Origin: an uncultured Gammaproteobacteria bacterium
Lineage (GTDB): Bacteria; Patescibacteriota; Patescibacteriia; UBA11705; JABHMO01
Direction of reading: 5' to 3'
DNA: 64,000 bases
Assembly: GCA_964590105.1 (NCBI GenBank)
Contig: CAZPYM010000002.1
Span: forward strand, 154,697-218,696
The notes beneath the pieces were generated by a model. The model did not search any database. It saw only the letters and a list, made by a program, of their open reading frames with translations, and was not told where the DNA came from. A program made the position numbers and the translations under genes. Positions 28,447-37,712 of the stretch are shown one piece after another. Every line of letters starts with the position of its first letter. The first letter of the stretch is position 1.

Positions 28447-30891
28447 TTAATAAATTTCTTCGTCATCAGTTTGTCGAGGCGGTAAAGTTTTTTTCTTTTC
28501 CGATTCTTCGTCTTCGTTGTTATCATCATCTTCTTCGCCAAGTTCCGCTGTCTCATCTTCTTGAATATCCGCTGTTTCAGGTTCAGGTTCTTCTGTCGTA
28601 TCTTCTTGACCGGTCTCTGCTTCGTTTTCTTGTTCTTCTTCATAATCCGCCGGGGATTCGATATCATCAATTGATTCATTTTCAAAGCTGTTGTCAATTT
28701 CTTCTTCTTCGCTTTCTTCTTCATGAGTTGGTTCGTCCTCTTCTATTGCGTCATCAAAGTCAGAAGACGAGGATGATGATTTGTCGAGCAAAATATCTCG
28801 CGGTCTGGCGCCGTCCGCCGGGCCGACAATTCCCGCTTCTTCCATCAAATCAATCAGACGCGCGGCGCGCGCATAGCCGATTCTGAGTCTTCTCTGCAAT
28901 AGAGAAGCGGAAGCTTTGCCGGACTGCACTACCACTGATTTGGCTTCATTAAACAGATCATCGTCTCCGCCGCCTTTGAAATCAAAACTGGTCGGACTGC
29001 TGGGTTTGCTGGTGATTTCAACCTGATAGTCCGCTTCATTATTGCAGGCTTGTTTTAGAAAGTTCACCACGCGTTTGATTTCGTCATCGCTTACAAAAGC
29101 GCCCTGGAGACGGCGAGGTTTTGATGTTTGCGGAGTCATGAAAAGCATGTCACCCTTGCCAACGAGTTTTTCCGCTCCGGAGCTGTCCAATATTGTGCGC
29201 GAATCCATAAGGGAAGCCACGCTAAAAGCAATTCGACAGGGAATATTGGCCTTGATCAGGCCGGTGATGACATCTACTGACGGTCTTTGTGTTGCGACGA
29301 CCAGATGGATGCCAATGGCGCGAGCCATTTGAGTTAAGCGAATGATACAGCCCTCTACTTCAGCTGAAGCCGCGACCATTAAGTCCGCCAACTCGTCGAT
29401 AATAATTACGATATAAGGCATTTTTTCTTTGGCTGTCAAATTGTAGCTCGCAATATTGCGTTTCTTGTTTTTAGCAAGAATATCGAAACGTTTATCCATT
29501 TCGCTGATCGCCCAGCGCAGAGCATAGACTGTTTTTGTTACATCGGTAATGACCGGCGTCAGTAAGTGTGGGATGCCGTTGTAAATCGGGAATTCAACTC
29601 TTTTAGGATCAACAAGAATGAGCCGCATGGTGTCGGGATTGTTTTGATATAGCAAACTCATGATGATGGCGTTCAGGCAAACGCTTTTTCCGGATCCCGT
29701 GGCGCCGGCTACAAGCAAATGGGGCATTTGGCCAATGTCATCAACCCAGCATTTGCCGCTGACGTCTTTGCCAAGGGCGATAGTTAAATTGGTTTTACGA
29801 TTTTTAAATGACGGAGCTTCTAATATTTCTCTAACGCGTACAATAGCCGGTTTTTGGTTTGGAACTTCTACGCCGACCAGAGATTTGCCAGGTATCGGAG
29901 CTTCAATTCTAATCGGATGCGCGGCCATTGCCAGAGCCAGATCATTATTCAGCGCCGTGATTTTAGAAAGCTTAACTCCCTCGGCCGGCTTCAAAGTATA
30001 TTGAGTAACGGTTGGGCCGACCTGAACGGCGCCCATTTCAACTGGAATGTGAAAATTTTCCAGGGTCCGCTGAATTCTTTCCGTCCCGAGTTTTATGTCT
30101 CCGCTTGTTGGTTTTGATTTTCTGTTGTCAAGAAGACCAATCGGCAGGTCTATTTTTATTTTTGGATTGCGAATGCTGGGCGATGTTTCAGCTGATTCCT
30201 TGGATAATAATGATTTGGCAGTAAATTTTACATCCTGGACTTTTGTCTGCTTGTTATCTTCTTCATAGGTAGCTGTCTCGTTTTCATCTTCAATTTCCTC
30301 TTCTTCCTCGTCATCTTCAGGGTTTTCCGGGTTTTGATTTTTACTAAAGGGGAGTTGAAGCGCCTTGAAGACATTAGTTTTTGCAAATAGCGATTCAATG
30401 CTCGTATTGAACATTAATAGTGCGCTGGTTAATAAAAGGCCGATTAAAATAATAAGACCGGCCCAAAAACCAAGATAAAGAATCAGCGGATAGCTAATCA
30501 GGTAACCAACGATACCGCCGCCCAGCCCGCTAAAAGTTAATTCAAATGAATTATTAAAAGGAAGTTTTAAATGTAGAAGGCCGTGGATTACTAGAAAAAA
30601 TAAAATTGTTCCTATGTAATTTGAAATTGAAACATGATATTGACTTGGTCTTGCCAGAACATAACCAAGCCCAATTAAAATAAGGGGAACAATAAATCTT
30701 CCCCAGCCAAAGGCAATGCCAAAAGCCCAGTCAATATAAATTCCGGCAGTGCCCGCAACGCCCAGAAAACTCAGGACGCTGATTATTGCGACAATAAATA
30801 AAAACACGATTACAATGCCTTTTTTTGTTTCAGGGCTCAAGCTATAGTATTCAACTTCCTGATAGCGGCGCCTGTTTTTTCTTCTAGCCAT
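28447..30891 (-). CDS. ftsK: DNA translocase FtsK/SpoIIIE
   Basis: N-terminal TMs, MPHLLVAGATGSGKS, IDELADLM, gamma domain LQRRLRIGYARAARL, acidic tail. Confidence 0.98.
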   Translation of the reverse strand: MARRKNRRRYQEVEYYSLSPETKKGIVIVFLFIVAIISVLSFLGVAGTAGIYIDWAFGIAFGWGRFIVPLILIGLGYVLARPSQYHVSISNYIGTILFFLVIHGLLHLKLPFNNSFELTFSGLGGGIVGYLISYPLILYLGFWAGLIILIGLLLTSALLMFNTSIESLFAKTNVFKALQLPFSKNQNPENPEDDEEEEEIEDENETATYEEDNKQTKVQDVKFTAKSLLSKESAETSPSIRNPKIKIDLPIGLLDNRKSKPTSGDIKLGTERIQRTLENFHIPVEMGAVQVGPTVTQYTLKPAEGVKLSKITALNNDLALAMAAHPIRIEAPIPGKSLVGVEVPNQKPAIVRVREILEAPSFKNRKTNLTIALGKDVSGKCWVDDIGQMPHLLVAGATGSGKSVCLNAIIMSLLYQNNPDTMRLILVDPKRVEFPIYNGIPHLLTPVITDVTKTVYALRWAISEMDKRFDILAKNKKRNIASYNLTAKEKMPYIVIIIDELADLMVAASAEVEGCIIRLTQMARAIGIHLVVATQRPSVDVITGLIKANIPCRIAFSVASLMDSRTILDSSGAEKLVGKGDMLFMTPQTSKPRRLQGAFVSDDEIKRVVNFLKQACNNEADYQVEITSKPSSPTSFDFKGGGDDDLFNEAKSVVVQSGKASASLLQRRLRIGYARAARLIDLMEEAGIVGPADGARPRDILLDKSSSSSSDFDDAIEEDEPTHEEESEEEEIDNSFENESIDDIESPADYEEEQENEAETGQEDTTEEPEPETADIQEDETAELGEEDDDNNEDEESEKKKTLPPRQTDDEEIY

Positions 30892-30984
30892 TTTGTTTGT
30901 TTAGAACTCAAAGACCCGAGATCTTTTGGCCTTATTGATCTTTTATTTTTATGTTTCTTCTATTCATTATTTTATCATACGGAG

Positions 30985-31122
30985 TTACAGATGTACAGAT
31001 TTTGGGGTCAGATATACAGATTTAGATCGTACAGATTGTACAGATTGAAGGTAGGCAAGGAACAAAGAAAAACTTCCAGAGCTAACCTTTATCCAACAGA
31101 TCTGTATAATCTGTATATCTGT
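30985..31122. repeat. Degenerate TACAGAT units followed by inverted ATCTGTA units
   Basis: About six tacagat-like units, then about three atctgta-like units. Confidence 0.7.
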
Positions 31123-31130
31123 GCCATTTT

Positions 31131-31172
31131 AAAAAACAAAGGGGGATGGCTCACACGGAGCCACCCCCTTTG
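31131..31172 (-). terminator. Intrinsic terminator closing the candidate ncRNA
   Basis: CAAAGGGGGTGGCTC/GAGCCATCCCCCTTTG followed by TTTTTT on the minus strand. Confidence 0.85.
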
Positions 31173-31620
31173 AAATTTAGGAGAGTTTTAGAAAAACCCC
31201 CCAAATGAGTAGACAATTTTTCCGCAAGAAAGATTGAAAGATCAATTTATGTGTGCGGAAAAAGAGGAGAGAGATTCCCTCCAGGGGAATTTGTCTACTC
31301 GTTTCGAGGGTAAAAATAATTTGCAGAAAAGTGATGAGGAGGGCGTACGAGCTCATATTTGTTTATGAATTGTAGCCCAGCTTCTCTCCTCATCAGTTTT
31401 CTGCAAATCAGATTATTTATCAGCAAGAGGATGTAGAAGATAAATTACCGGATCGGACGGGCATAAATAAATATATAATTTAATAATTCCCTTGATCCGG
31501 CGTGTTGATGATAGAGTTGGGCCGACGATTTGGCGCGAGCCAAGCTGTTAGCCGCAATTCTTTTTCTCTCTCCTCCTACATCATTTTGCTGATAAAATGT
31601 TTATGCTTATTTTAATGAAC
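31131..31620 (-). ncRNA. Candidate ~490-nt structured ncRNA with three tandem hairpin domains (folding strand not fully resolved)
   Basis: No ORF of 60 aa or more inside; domains 31196-31311, 31319-31408 and 31416-31596 each closed by long stems; perfect promoter and a terminator on the minus strand. Confidence 0.65.
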
Positions 31621-31654
31621 TTAGTATTATAGCACATATTGAAAATCTTGTCAA
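31609..31654 (-). promoter_or_regulatory. Perfect sigma70 promoter plus boxA-like motif
   Basis: TTGACA(31654)-17-TATAAT(31631) with extended TG; GTTCATTAAAAT at 31620-31609. Confidence 0.85.
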
Positions 31655-31862
31655 TAGGCGATGAATCGTTAGAGTGTTTATAGCTAAAATTAAACTAAAT
31701 AAAGTGTTATTGATTTATAGCAATATAAAGATAATTTGACAATTCATTTTTTTTGTATTATTCTATGTTGTGATATAGGTAATAAATTATCAAGCAGGAT
31801 TATTCCGGTTAAAATATTAGTAATTGTTTTGACCAATATAATCTTGTTTAGCTTCATTCTAT

Positions 31863-32435
31863 ATGTATTTAATACCAACTGTTATTGAAAAGTCTCATTA
31901 CGGCGAACGCGCTTATGATATATATTCACGTTTGCTGAAAGAACGAATTATTTTTATCGGCACGCCAATTGACGATCAAGTCGCCAATGCAGTAATCGCT
32001 CAACTTCTGTATTTGGAAAGTGAAGATCCGAAAAAGGACATTAAAATTTATATTAATACCCCCGGCGGATCAGTGACAGCCGGGCTCGCGATTTACGATA
32101 CAATGCAGTACATCAAGCCTGACGTGGTTACCATTTGCGTGGGCATGGCGGCGAGCATGGGATCAGTGCTTTTGACTGCCGGTGCCAAGGGCAAGCGCTA
32201 CGCCCTGCCGAATTCAAAAGTAATGATTCATCAGGTAATGGGCGGCACGCAGGGACAGGCGAGCGATATCAAAATACAAGCGGAAGAGATTTTGAAAGTA
32301 AAAGATAATTTGAATAAAATTTTAGCCAAGCATACCGGACATTCGCTCGAAAAAATTGAAAAAGATTCAGATCGCGATTATTACATGACAGCGGAAGACG
32401 CGAAAAAGTATGGCTTGATTGATAAAATAATTTAA
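31863..32435 (+). CDS. clpP: ATP-dependent Clp protease proteolytic subunit
   Basis: [24 protein letters not shown] and DRDYYM. Confidence 0.99.
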   Translation: MYLIPTVIEKSHYGERAYDIYSRLLKERIIFIGTPIDDQVANAVIAQLLYLESEDPKKDIKIYINTPGGSVTAGLAIYDTMQYIKPDVVTICVGMAASMGSVLLTAGAKGKRYALPNSKVMIHQVMGGTQGQASDIKIQAEEILKVKDNLNKILAKHTGHSLEKIEKDSDRDYYMTAEDAKKYGLIDKII

Positions 32436-32509
32436 CTTCAGAAATAAAAAAAGAAAGCCGTTTGAATAAGCTTTCTTTTTTTGTCGGCGAATGATTCAGG
32501 CAACTGTCT

Positions 32510-32540
32510 TGTGCATAAACTATGGATAAGGTCTGAATAA
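32510..32540 (-). promoter_or_regulatory. Three tandem DnaA-box-like nonamers
   Basis: TGTGCATAA, TATGGATAA and TCTGAATAA at 11-bp periodicity (consensus TGTGGATAA). Confidence 0.5.
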
Positions 32541-32693
32541 GTTTAGCCTGGCTGGAAGTATCAAACTTTGGTATAATAATAGTAGTAGAAGAAGATGAGT
32601 GGTTATCATTATGAAGAGTGTCTGTAAATTTAGCAAAATTCAATAATTGTTGTCAGCTATTGACAAAATTAATAGAGTCTGCTAAGATATATA

Positions 32694-32861
32694 GTCAGCT
32701 GTTATTGACTAATGTTACCGGATGGGATACATTAATATGAAAACCCCTTTTAATGGACAGACACGACAAGCATGGGATTTTTACTTTAGGTAAAATCAGG
32801 CTTCGCGCTCGATTTCGCCTGAGTAAAAATTTCTTGTCTGTCCGTTAAAGAGGGTTTTTTT
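32694..32861 (+). ncRNA. Candidate free-standing small RNA (long bulged hairpin)
   Basis: TTGACA-17-TAAGAT (32660-32688); ~120-nt hairpin 32740-32858 with G-U pairs on +, ending in a T-tract; no downstream + strand gene. Confidence 0.55.
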
Positions 32862-32907
32862 AATTCAAAAAAAACAGAGGAAATTTCTCTGTTTTTTTTA
32901 TTGCAAT

Positions 32908-34842
32908 TTATTCCGGTTCTGTTGCCTGTTTGTCTGCTTCTTCACTATCAGCGTCAGTTGCGGCTTGTTCTTCGTTTGCCTGTTTCTCAAGTTCTAATTT
33001 TGCTTCTAATTCTTTTTGTTCGGGATCCACACCGACCAACCAAACTTCTTGCCAGGGAACATAGTGGCTGGACCAGGTAATTTTTTCCGGCTCTTGGCCT
33101 GTCTTTGTTATGTATTGATAGAAAACCGTATCAGCTCCATTGTGAGCATGTTCAGTTAGCTTTTTCTGGCCGGGCGCCAGTTCAGTGGTTTCGATTTCTT
33201 TGGCCGGGCCGGGCGTGGTGATATTAAAAATAGTCGGTTTCAAATATTTAACATTGGTGACCGAAGTTTGTCCTTCAAAGCTGACCTTGCGGCCGTCTTT
33301 TGTTCCCCAAAATTCAAACAATAAATTATTGCCCCAAATTTTGGACTGAATTAAAATGTAATTTTCAGTGTCATTGATGAATCTTACGTCCGGCCAGGGA
33401 TCGTAAACAGTGGCATCAGTTCCCGCTGGTTCGTAATAGCCGACTCGATAAGAATGATTACGTCGGGCAGTTATTTTTACTCCTGTTTGCAAGGCGGCCC
33501 GGAAAACGGTGGTGCCGATTTGACACAGCCCGCCGCCATATTCCGGAATTGTTGCATTCTTTTTTATAACTAATTCAGGTTTATAACCGCTTTGGCTGTC
33601 AACTTCGCCCAAAGTTTTCATAAGGGAAAACTCAGCGCCCGGTTCGATTAAAACACCATTCAGCGATGCGGCCCCGACGCCAATGTTGTGTATTCGGTTT
33701 TGCGGACTGCCGGAAAAATCTGACCAGCCGGAGCCGATCAGTTCTTTGATTCCGAGCTCATTGGTGCTGGCAACGGATATTTTCGGCTCAGTAATATTTA
33801 CGGTTAATTCAATCTCGTTGCTTTTTTCTTTTAATATTTTTTGTCTGGCAATTTCAAGGCTGTTTTCAATGTCAAGCGCTAGGCCTTTTTGGCTGGCTTG
33901 GAATTCAGTGACGCGGCTGTCTTTGATTTGAAGTTTGGCGTCTGCCGCCGGCTGATTAATCTTTTGCGCGATAGCCTCCATTTGGCCTCGAAGCATTTCG
34001 TCGTTTAAAATAATTGCAGGTTGTTCGTCGTCATTCAATCCAAGCCCGAGCCAGCGGGCATAATCTTCCCAGGTGACTGTCCAAGTTTCCTCTTTGTATT
34101 TAAATTTAATTTCCGGGATTAAAAGCAGGTCTTCAATAGTTGCCCTTTGCGACAGGGCCATTTCTTGGGTGATTTTTGGTTTTGCGTCACTGCGCGCTAA
34201 ATGCATTTTTGGATTTTCGAGTTTTTTGATTGAAGATTCCAGTGATTCAATTGCTTCGCTGAAATTAAATGTCTGACCAGCTTGCGGCGGAGAAAATGAT
34301 AATTCGTAAAGGTGTTGTTCCTTGTTAGTAATATTCAAAGCAATCTGTGCGTCTATGGGAAGTTTTTCCAAAATAAGAAATTCAGATTGCAGTTTTTGTC
34401 TGAGCAATGTTTTGTCGAATTGATAATCAAGCGGAATTTGTTTTTTTATAATGGGGAAAACTAATGTTTTGACGTATTTTTTTATGATTTTGTTGGCGTG
34501 GCCCTGGTTGAAAGCTTTTTCCACCAGACTGTCCAGGTTGAGGCTTAGAATTTCATTGTTCTGGTTTTCGATTTGTTTTTCTTCGTTTTCAAAATCAAAA
34601 GTAAATCCCTGACCGTAAACTTGTTTAAATTTTCCGCTGATAATATTCTGCGCCTGCGTTTTGGTCAGCCCGCCGACATAAACGTTGTCAATCATTATGC
34701 CGGGATAAATTTTGTTTTCATATTTATAAGCTAGCGCCGCCGCCGCGCCAATCAGCAGTAGGAAGATAATAAAAAAAATGGATAGGATTATGACTAACCA
34801 TTTTACAATCGGCTTGGAGGGCTTTTTGATCAGTGCTTCCAT
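32908..34842 (-). CDS. VanW/YoaR family protein with peptidoglycan-binding (PG_binding_4-like) repeats
   Basis: RIHNI, LIEPGAEFS, GGGLCQIGTTVFRAA, RRNHSY and GTDATVY. Confidence 0.92.
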   Translation of the reverse strand: MEALIKKPSKPIVKWLVIILSIFFIIFLLLIGAAAALAYKYENKIYPGIMIDNVYVGGLTKTQAQNIISGKFKQVYGQGFTFDFENEEKQIENQNNEILSLNLDSLVEKAFNQGHANKIIKKYVKTLVFPIIKKQIPLDYQFDKTLLRQKLQSEFLILEKLPIDAQIALNITNKEQHLYELSFSPPQAGQTFNFSEAIESLESSIKKLENPKMHLARSDAKPKITQEMALSQRATIEDLLLIPEIKFKYKEETWTVTWEDYARWLGLGLNDDEQPAIILNDEMLRGQMEAIAQKINQPAADAKLQIKDSRVTEFQASQKGLALDIENSLEIARQKILKEKSNEIELTVNITEPKISVASTNELGIKELIGSGWSDFSGSPQNRIHNIGVGAASLNGVLIEPGAEFSLMKTLGEVDSQSGYKPELVIKKNATIPEYGGGLCQIGTTVFRAALQTGVKITARRNHSYRVGYYEPAGTDATVYDPWPDVRFINDTENYILIQSKIWGNNLLFEFWGTKDGRKVSFEGQTSVTNVKYLKPTIFNITTPGPAKEIETTELAPGQKKLTEHAHNGADTVFYQYITKTGQEPEKITWSSHYVPWQEVWLVGVDPEQKELEAKLELEKQANEEQAATDADSEEADKQATEPE

Positions 34843-34843
34843 A

Positions 34844-35065
34844 TTATTCGTTTTGCAGGATTTCATTGAGCACGTCCCTGGCTAACGTTTCCTGGCTTTC
34901 TGTTTTTGAACGATTCGGGAGCAAGGAAATTTCAAGAGCTTGTCCGGCCAAAGAATTTTTCGGCAACGCATTGATGGGTACGAATAATTTTTGGCTATCT
35001 TCGAAGATCAGAACGGCTTTGTCCTCTTCAATGCGATCAATTGTGGCTTGGATATTTTTTGGCAT
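34844..35065 (-). CDS. DUF3006-like small protein
   Basis: TIDRIEEDKAVL...LP. Confidence 0.75.
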   Translation of the reverse strand: MPKNIQATIDRIEEDKAVLIFEDSQKLFVPINALPKNSLAGQALEISLLPNRSKTESQETLARDVLNEILQNE

Positions 35066-35087
35066 AGGTTCCGCTGTTTATTTTATT

Positions 35088-35585
35088 TTACTCAATTGTT
35101 CTGACTTTTATTTCCACTTTTTTTGCTTCCTCGCTTTTGGGCAAAGTAATTTTTAAAACGCCTTCTTTTAAAACTGCTTCAACTTCGCCGGATTTTACCG
35201 GCAGAGGCAGTATGATGCTACGGGAAAATTTTCCCCAGTAGCACTCCTGATAAAGATAATTTTTTTGCTCTGAAGTAAAGCCTTTGTGCCGCTCGCCGCG
35301 TATGGTCAGCACGTCTTTGTCAAGGCTGATATCAAGGCTGTCCGGTTGAACACCGGCCAGCGGAGTAACAACATACAGGTTGTCGGCGTCCTGAAAAATA
35401 TCAATTGACAGCTGGGCTTCTTCCGGAATGTCAATTTCCTCAGTCAGCGCCGGCGCAAAAAAATGTTCGCGCACGTTTGGATCATTGGTCGGCTTTGATT
35501 CGTGGTCGCTAAAAAATCTGTCTGACCGATAGTGATTTTCTAGCTCTTCCAGATGCTTGTGCCAATCGTGATTATTATCTTGCAT
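35088..35585 (-). CDS. Hsp20/alpha-crystallin small heat-shock protein
   Basis: LTIRGER, ECYWGKFSRSIILP and GVLKITLPK. Confidence 0.96.
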   Translation of the reverse strand: MQDNNHDWHKHLEELENHYRSDRFFSDHESKPTNDPNVREHFFAPALTEEIDIPEEAQLSIDIFQDADNLYVVTPLAGVQPDSLDISLDKDVLTIRGERHKGFTSEQKNYLYQECYWGKFSRSIILPLPVKSGEVEAVLKEGVLKITLPKSEEAKKVEIKVRTIE

Positions 35586-35737
35586 ATTAATGAGGTAACG
35601 CGTTGAGATTTTTTATAATTCCAGTAAGAGAACTTTATTAACTTCGTTTATATTATATAATCATTTTTCAAAGAAAACAACTTTTCAATAAAAAAACCGC
35701 CGTAAAAATAATTATCGGACGGTTTTTTAAATAAAAA

Positions 35738-36064
35738 TTATTCAGTTGGTTCCGGTGCGCTGACGACAGGTTCCGCGCTGTGCTGGCTGGCCTTGAGAGC
35801 GTCTTTTAATGTTTTTCCGGCTTTGAATTTGACCACTTTGGTCGGTGGAATGGTGATTGATTCTGACGGTCTTTGCGGGTTGACGCCTTCTCTGCCTTTC
35901 CTGACGCGAGCGGAAAAAGTGCCGAATCCGGTTAGCGTAACTTCACCGCCGCCTTTGATCGTTTCAGTAATAGTGCTGGTCAGGCTTTCCAGCATGTCTT
36001 CTGCCTGTTTCTTTGTGACGCCGCATTTGTCTGCTAGGAGAGCGGCGAGTTCTGCTTTATTCAT
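35738..36064 (-). CDS. hup: DNA-binding protein HU
   Basis: MNKAEL, GFGTF, REGVNP and KFKAGKTLKDA. Confidence 0.97.
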   Translation of the reverse strand: MNKAELAALLADKCGVTKKQAEDMLESLTSTITETIKGGGEVTLTGFGTFSARVRKGREGVNPQRPSESITIPPTKVVKFKAGKTLKDALKASQHSAEPVVSAPEPTE

Positions 36065-36091
36065 AGGTACGTGGGTTATGTTAGATTATAT

Positions 36092-36898
36092 TTATACTTC
36101 AACGTCCAGTTTAATTCTTTCAATCTTTTGGGCCTTGCCTGTTTCTGGCTTAATTATAACAAAAACTCCGTCAACTTGGCAAGTGCCGGACTCGGGCAAT
36201 TCAAAAGCGGTCGGTAGCTGAGTGAAAAACTGCTTCACTACATTTTTCAAATCAACGCCCAGACTGGAATCTTTGTACCCGACCATGCCGGCGTCGGTAA
36301 TATAGGCGGTGCCGTTTTTTAGTATTTGTTCGTCAGCTGTTTGCACATGAGTGTGCGTGCCGATAACTGCGCTCACCTGGCCGTCAAAATATCTGGACAA
36401 GGTATTTTTTTCCGACGTGGCTTCCGCGTGAAAGTCAACAATGATGGCGCCGAATTCCTGAGTTTTGTTTTCATTCAAAATTTGTTCCAGCTTTTGAAAC
36501 GGGCAGTCAAAATTTTCTTTGAAAAAAACTCGGCCGATCAGATTAATAATCAAAATTTTGTAAACGCCAATTTCAATTATTTTGTAGCCTTCGCCCGGTA
36601 CTCCGGCCGGATAATTCGCCGGTCGGATCAAGGGAATTTTATTGGCTGACAAGATTTCATTTATTTCAGCTGAATTGGAAAAGATATGATTGCCTGAAGT
36701 AAAAAAATCAATACCCGCATGCAACATTTCCTGCAGGGTTTTTTCCGTTACTCCCTTGCCGTGCGCCAGATTTTCCGCATTGGCGATTATCAGGTCCGGC
36801 TTGTATTTTTTCTTTAGCTTGGGCAATGTTTCGGCCACAGCCTTTCGGCCGATTTTGCCGACAATGTCGCCGAGAAATAAGATTTTAATTTGAGGCAT
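36092..36898 (-). CDS. ymdB: YmdB-family metallophosphoesterase
   Basis: GDIVG, NAEN, TSGNH, DFHAEATSEK and GTHTHVQT; rny-ymdB synteny. Confidence 0.95.
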   Translation of the reverse strand: MPQIKILFLGDIVGKIGRKAVAETLPKLKKKYKPDLIIANAENLAHGKGVTEKTLQEMLHAGIDFFTSGNHIFSNSAEINEILSANKIPLIRPANYPAGVPGEGYKIIEIGVYKILIINLIGRVFFKENFDCPFQKLEQILNENKTQEFGAIIVDFHAEATSEKNTLSRYFDGQVSAVIGTHTHVQTADEQILKNGTAYITDAGMVGYKDSSLGVDLKNVVKQFFTQLPTAFELPESGTCQVDGVFVIIKPETGKAQKIERIKLDVEV

Positions 36899-37025
36899 AT
36901 TTTTTCGTGCATTGATATTATATAAAATAGCTAAAAATAAAGCAATCCCTTGACAAATCTTATTCACATGGTAATTTAATTATCTGAAATCGTTTGTTTG
37001 ATGGCCCTTTGACAAGGAGGTCGCT

Positions 37026-37571
37026 ATGGCGAAAAACCAAGATGAAGATCGTGAAAAAAAGGGCTTCTGTATTTTGCCCTACATTGAAGGTCATTTCGTA
37101 CGCGACCATTGCGAGGCGAAATTAAGAATTTTCGTCGGGAACAACAAGAAAGACAGTTGTATTTTTTTTGAACTGGATGTTTGGACGGCGAAGGGTTTGT
37201 CCGCCGGGATGAGAGAGTTTTTCAAGGTGGTCTTAAATGTTGGAGAAGATAATTCTGGCCTGGTTGTCCTGTCGGCTGGCGAGGAGAACGTCGCGAAACT
37301 AGGATATCATTTCGTGATGTCCTGGCCGCCGGTGAAAGGGCGGGTGGAAATGCGAGACGTCATGACGATTGACGAGCTTCGTTATTTGGCTTGTGACGCA
37401 TTTTGCGAAATGAATGGGTTGACTGCCGCGGTTGCAGAAGATCAGGCCGCCGCTCCGCCGCTGGAAGACAATCCTTTTGCCGAGGAGGATGGTCGCTTGG
37501 CCGAGCCTCCGGATTTGCCGGCGGCGAGTTTGTCGAGAGAGGACGAGGATCGCGACTGCGATTCTCCGTGA
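37026..37571 (+). CDS. Hypothetical protein with acidic tail, inserted between ymdB and rny
   Basis: TTGACA at 36950, GCCCTTTGACAAGGAGG leader, terminator near 37583-37613. Confidence 0.75.
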   Translation: MAKNQDEDREKKGFCILPYIEGHFVRDHCEAKLRIFVGNNKKDSCIFFELDVWTAKGLSAGMREFFKVVLNVGEDNSGLVVLSAGEENVAKLGYHFVMSWPPVKGRVEMRDVMTIDELRYLACDAFCEMNGLTAAVAEDQAAAPPLEDNPFAEEDGRLAEPPDLPAASLSREDEDRDCDSP

Positions 37572-37712
37572 TTGATTCAATAGCGGGCGCTATCAATAGC
37601 GCCTGTTTTTTTTGTTTCCGAAACCAAAAGCAGCCGCTTCACCCGCGACTGCTTTTTATTTTCTTCACTATCATCAGTATATCAGTCCTGCCGTGGCGTG
37701 ATCAGTAATCAT

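Noticed and set aside
31200-31400. Hammerhead ribozyme (minus-strand CTGATGAG ... GAAAC)
   Set aside because: CTGATGAG is locked in the long domain B stem, the stem III position next to the cleavage triplet is a C-A mismatch, and no stem I partner is evident.
32694-32861. SRP (4.5S) RNA
   Set aside because: It lacks the conserved CAGG...GGAA...AGCAG domain IV motif.
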